From: Alphaproteobacteria bacterium
Lineage (GTDB): Bacteria > Pseudomonadota > Alphaproteobacteria > CALKHQ01
Length of the DNA stretch: 64,000 nucleotides
Direction of reading: 5' to 3'
Assembly: GCA_965227515.1 (NCBI GenBank)
Contig: CBDDFZ010000002.1
Location: forward strand, 64,001 to 128,000
The translations under genes and the position numbers were made by a program. Every line of letters starts with the position of its first letter. Positions within the stretch are counted from its first letter, which is position 1. This document shows positions 60,828-64,000 of this stretch, one piece after another. Below the pieces are notes generated by a model. It did no database searches, was not told the origin of the DNA, and saw only the letters and a program-made list of their open reading frames with translations.

Positions 60828-63112
60828 GAGGTTGTGCTCCGAACCGGCGTTCGTTTTCGTCCAGTGAGGCGTGTCCACAGGGTGCCGAACATGTTGGCCT
60901 GGCGCACCCAGATATCGACCAGCACGGCGACGATCAGGATGCCACCGATGAAGGTGTTGACCCAGTGCTGCGGCAGCGCGACGGCCTCACCGCTCTCGGT
61001 CACGATGTTGAGTTGCAGCAGCGCGCGGATCAGGGTGATGACCGCAGCACCCGCCAGCGCGCCGATGATGGTGCCGAACCCGCCGAAGATGGACCCGCCG
61101 CCGATGATGACCGCGGCGATCGCGTCCAGTTCTCGGAACTGGCCCGCGACGGGATTGAAGCTGCGGAAATAGGCGACGTTGATGACGCCGGCGACAGCCG
61201 CTCCAAGTGAACAGAGCAAGAGCGCGCTGGCCCGCACGCGCTTGGTGTTGATGCCGGCATAGTCGGCGGCGCGGCGGTTGCCGCCGGTGGCGTAGATGCG
61301 CTGGCCGTAGGTGGTGTAGGCAAGCGCAACCCCGGCCAGGATTGCCAGCACCAGCATCAGAATGGTCTGCACGCTGATGACGTCGGCGATCTCGCCGATC
61401 ACGCCGCCGGGCGGGGCAATATCCAGGTAGGCCAGAATGTCACCGACCTTGCGGCCGATCAGGTTGAACGGCTCGTCCCATCCCGTGAGCTGCTGGCCGG
61501 TGGTGATCCACGAGGCCGCACCGCGCGCGATGTAGAACATGCCGAGGGTTGCGATGAACGCCGGCAGGCCGAACGCAACCGTAACGACGGCGTTGACCAT
61601 GCCGGCGGCCAGCCCGGCGAGTAGCCCGATCAGGATCGCCGAGCCCGGGTCGAGGCCCAGCACCTTCAGGCTGTAGGCGGCCGCACTTCCCGCCAGCGCC
61701 AGCACCGCGCCAACCGACAGGTCGATGTCGCCGCAGGCAATGACGTAGGTCAGCCCCAGGGTCAGGATCGCCAGCTCGGTGTAGTTGAGCATGATCGCGA
61801 ACGTGTTCGGCAGGCCGGCCCAGTAGTCGGGCCGCAGGTAGAGCCCGACCAGCCACAACAGACCGACCAGGATGATCGCCAGCGCGTCGCGCCGGACCAG
61901 GAAGCGCATGATGCCGCGCGCGCCGACCGCGCGGTCGGTCGTCGAAGAACCGCGGGTCTGCGCGCCGACCGAGGCGATGCCGCCAATCTCCGGCACCCTG
62001 GGCGGCGGCTTGCCGCGCAGGCGCGCCCAGGTGCGCTGGATCAGCTTGCGGCGAATGACATAGGGCTCGATCAACACGGCGAGCACCAGCAGCGCACCGA
62101 TGAAGGCGGGAATGGCGCCGGCTGGCAGGGTAGAGGTGGCCCGCACCTCGACCAGTTCGCCGTTGACTTCGACCGTGCGGGTGATCGGCACGCCTTCGCG
62201 CAAGACCTTGTGCAAGAGGGCGGTCAGCATCGCGCCCAGATAGCTGCCGATGACGCGCCCACGGCCGCCGAGGATCGACGCGCCGCCGATGATGACCGAT
62301 GCGATCACGATCAGCTCGGTCAACAAGCCGGCCTGGGAAGTGATGCCCTTGTCCTGGGCCACCGTCATCAGCCCAGCGAGCGTCGCGCACAGAGATGAGA
62401 TGATATAGGCGCGGATGCGCACCCAATTGGTGGGGATGCCGGCATAGACCGCGGCCTGGGCGTTGCCACCGGTGGCGAACGTCTCATAGCCCCAGCGCGT
62501 CTTGGCCAGCACAAGCGCGCCGAACACCACCACCAGGACCGCGATGGCGATCTGGTTGTTGAAGCCCCAGCCATTGGTTTCGCCGAGGCCGAAGAACCAC
62601 TCCTCGCCCTCCACGGCGGTGCGGTAGTAGATCGAACGCCCGCCCGTCAGCCCCAGGATGACGCCGCGGCCGATAAGCAGCATGGTCAGCGTGGCAATGA
62701 ATGCCGGCACGCGCAGATAGGTGACCAGAAGGCCGTTGACCACGCCGATCAGGGTGCCGAGCCCGACGCAAATGACGATCGCCGCCCCGATGCCGAGGTC
62801 GAGGCGGTCCGGGCTGAAACAGATGGAAAAGACCACGCCGATCACGCCCAGGGTGGACCCGATGGACAGGTCCAGGTCCTTGTTGGCGATGACGAATGTC
62901 ATGCCGACGGCCATGATCCCGAAACGCGCGGAGTCCCGCAGAAGGGCGTGCAGTGCCTCGGACGTCCCGAAGAAATCGGGGTTCAGCAGCGTACCGCCCA
63001 GGTACAGAACCGCCATCAGCGCAAGCAGCCCCACCTCCCATCCGCCGATGAGTTGCAGGGGCGCGCGCGGGAGCGATGTCGGCGCGGACGGTGAGGGCGT
63101 TGTAACGGTCAT
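60824..63112 (-). CDS. Sugar ABC transporter permease with two fused RbsC-like domains
   Basis: Two copies each of DLDLSIG/DIDLSVG, PAFIATL, ATGGN..AA.YAGI and IA.VIIGG.SI.GG.G. Confidence 0.92.
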   Translation of the reverse strand: MTVTTPSPSAPTSLPRAPLQLIGGWEVGLLALMAVLYLGGTLLNPDFFGTSEALHALLRDSARFGIMAVGMTFVIANKDLDLSIGSTLGVIGVVFSICFSPDRLDLGIGAAIVICVGLGTLIGVVNGLLVTYLRVPAFIATLTMLLIGRGVILGLTGGRSIYYRTAVEGEEWFFGLGETNGWGFNNQIAIAVLVVVFGALVLAKTRWGYETFATGGNAQAAVYAGIPTNWVRIRAYIISSLCATLAGLMTVAQDKGITSQAGLLTELIVIASVIIGGASILGGRGRVIGSYLGAMLTALLHKVLREGVPITRTVEVNGELVEVRATSTLPAGAIPAFIGALLVLAVLIEPYVIRRKLIQRTWARLRGKPPPRVPEIGGIASVGAQTRGSSTTDRAVGARGIMRFLVRRDALAIILVGLLWLVGLYLRPDYWAGLPNTFAIMLNYTELAILTLGLTYVIACGDIDLSVGAVLALAGSAAAYSLKVLGLDPGSAILIGLLAGLAAGMVNAVVTVAFGLPAFIATLGMFYIARGAASWITTGQQLTGWDEPFNLIGRKVGDILAYLDIAPPGGVIGEIADVISVQTILMLVLAILAGVALAYTTYGQRIYATGGNRRAADYAGINTKRVRASALLLCSLGAAVAGVINVAYFRSFNPVAGQFRELDAIAAVIIGGGSIFGGFGTIIGALAGAAVITLIRALLQLNIVTESGEAVALPQHWVNTFIGGILIVAVLVDIWVRQANMFGTLWTRLTGRKRTPVRSTTS

Positions 63113-63215
63113 TGGGATGCCGCGCGGTCAGTCAATTGGTCTCGGCAAACAAACAGGCTTGCGGCGGCCGATGCCACCGCAAGCCCAAGTTGAGATCAGT
63201 CGTACGCGAATGCCG

Positions 63216-64000
63216 TCAGTTCTCGAACCGGCTGCCGACTGTGCCGACCGTCTCGCCGGTCACCAGCTGGGCGCGGGTGTCCAGGTTGGCGGCGGAAATG
63301 CCACGGTCGATTTGCAGGTAGAGCTGCATCACCGGCCAGAAGCCCTGCAAGAACGGCTGCTGACCCAGCGCGCCGGTCAGGTCGCCGGAAGCAAGCGCTT
63401 CCTGCTGGGCCGGGCCAAGGTCGAAGCCGTAGGCGCAGATCTCTCCGGTCATGCCGGTCTGTGCCACCGCACTCGCCAGCGCCGGGGTGAAGACGTTGTT
63501 GCCGGCAAATGCGCCGACCACATTGCCACGGGATTCCATCAGCGAGATGATTGAGTTCACCGGATCGTTCATGTCGGCGGACACGCCCACGTTCTCAGGA
63601 CCCGCGTCGACCTCGAAATTGCCCAGCATGCCATTGGCCTGCAGCGACCCGACAATGGCGTTGAAGGCCGAGGTCACACGGTTGTTGACCTCGATATTCC
63701 CCATCGCGGTGTCGTTGGGCAGGATGATCGAACCGCTATCCACGCCCCGGTCGATCAGACACTGGACCAGCGCCTCGCCGGCGATCGCGGCGGCGGAGGC
63801 ATCCTGGCCGGTGTGGCTGATACCGTTGCGGTCGAAGATCTGCGGGTCGAACGAGTTGGTCGTCGCGACCGGGATGCCGTTGTCGTAGGCGGTGCGGACG
63901 ATGTCGTCATAGGCGCCGACCTGCGGCGTCGTCATGATGATGCCGTCGATGGTTGGGTCGTTGATGATCTGGTTCAGGATCTCGATCTCGCGCGCCGGAT
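63216..64000 (-). CDS. Sugar ABC transporter periplasmic binding protein (5' end outside the window)
   Basis: RbsB-like fold: IDGIIMT, GIPVAT, YGFDLG, QQPFLQGF. Confidence 0.88.
   Translation of the reverse strand, partial: PAREIEILNQIINDPTIDGIIMTTPQVGAYDDIVRTAYDNGIPVATTNSFDPQIFDRNGISHTGQDASAAAIAGEALVQCLIDRGVDSGSIILPNDTAMGNIEVNNRVTSAFNAIVGSLQANGMLGNFEVDAGPENVGVSADMNDPVNSIISLMESRGNVVGAFAGNNVFTPALASAVAQTGMTGEICAYGFDLGPAQQEALASGDLTGALGQQPFLQGFWPVMQLYLQIDRGISAANLDTRAQLVTGETVGTVGSRFEN

Overview
High-GC alphaproteobacterial chromosome segment in three parts. (1) 1-26 kb is mostly housekeeping and metabolic genes: secA (partial), an EAL protein, ctaA, thiD, glmM, a mannose pathway pair, a GS-like ligase with an omega-transaminase, psuK-rpiB-psuG, parC, argF/argD, a SNase with a LexA-type box, and an SDR. 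(2) A 33,683-bp genomic island is integrated at the 3' CCA end of tRNA-Ile2(CAT), bounded by a 17-bp direct repeat at 26083-26099 and 59766-59782. Its backbone is a large serine recombinase, DUF2924-like and DUF3489-like genes at the left end and a ParB-DNA methylase plus a DUF5681-like gene at the right end. Its cargo is a CoiA-like nuclease, a ~19.5-kb mosaic copper-resistance region, a decayed IS1595 and a Gabija-type anti-phage pair. The copper region has five CueR-type operators, two CutF/CruR-like polyproline leader peptides whose last codons pair with the downstream Shine-Dalgarno, and a DUF411-ScsC/DsbA-L,D-transpeptidase-CcdA cluster. (3) Beyond attR lies an ~80%-identical copy of the island's own left arm, suggesting tandem integration, followed by a sugar ABC transporter with a fused double permease. 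All family assignments come from motif recognition by eye; no database search was run.
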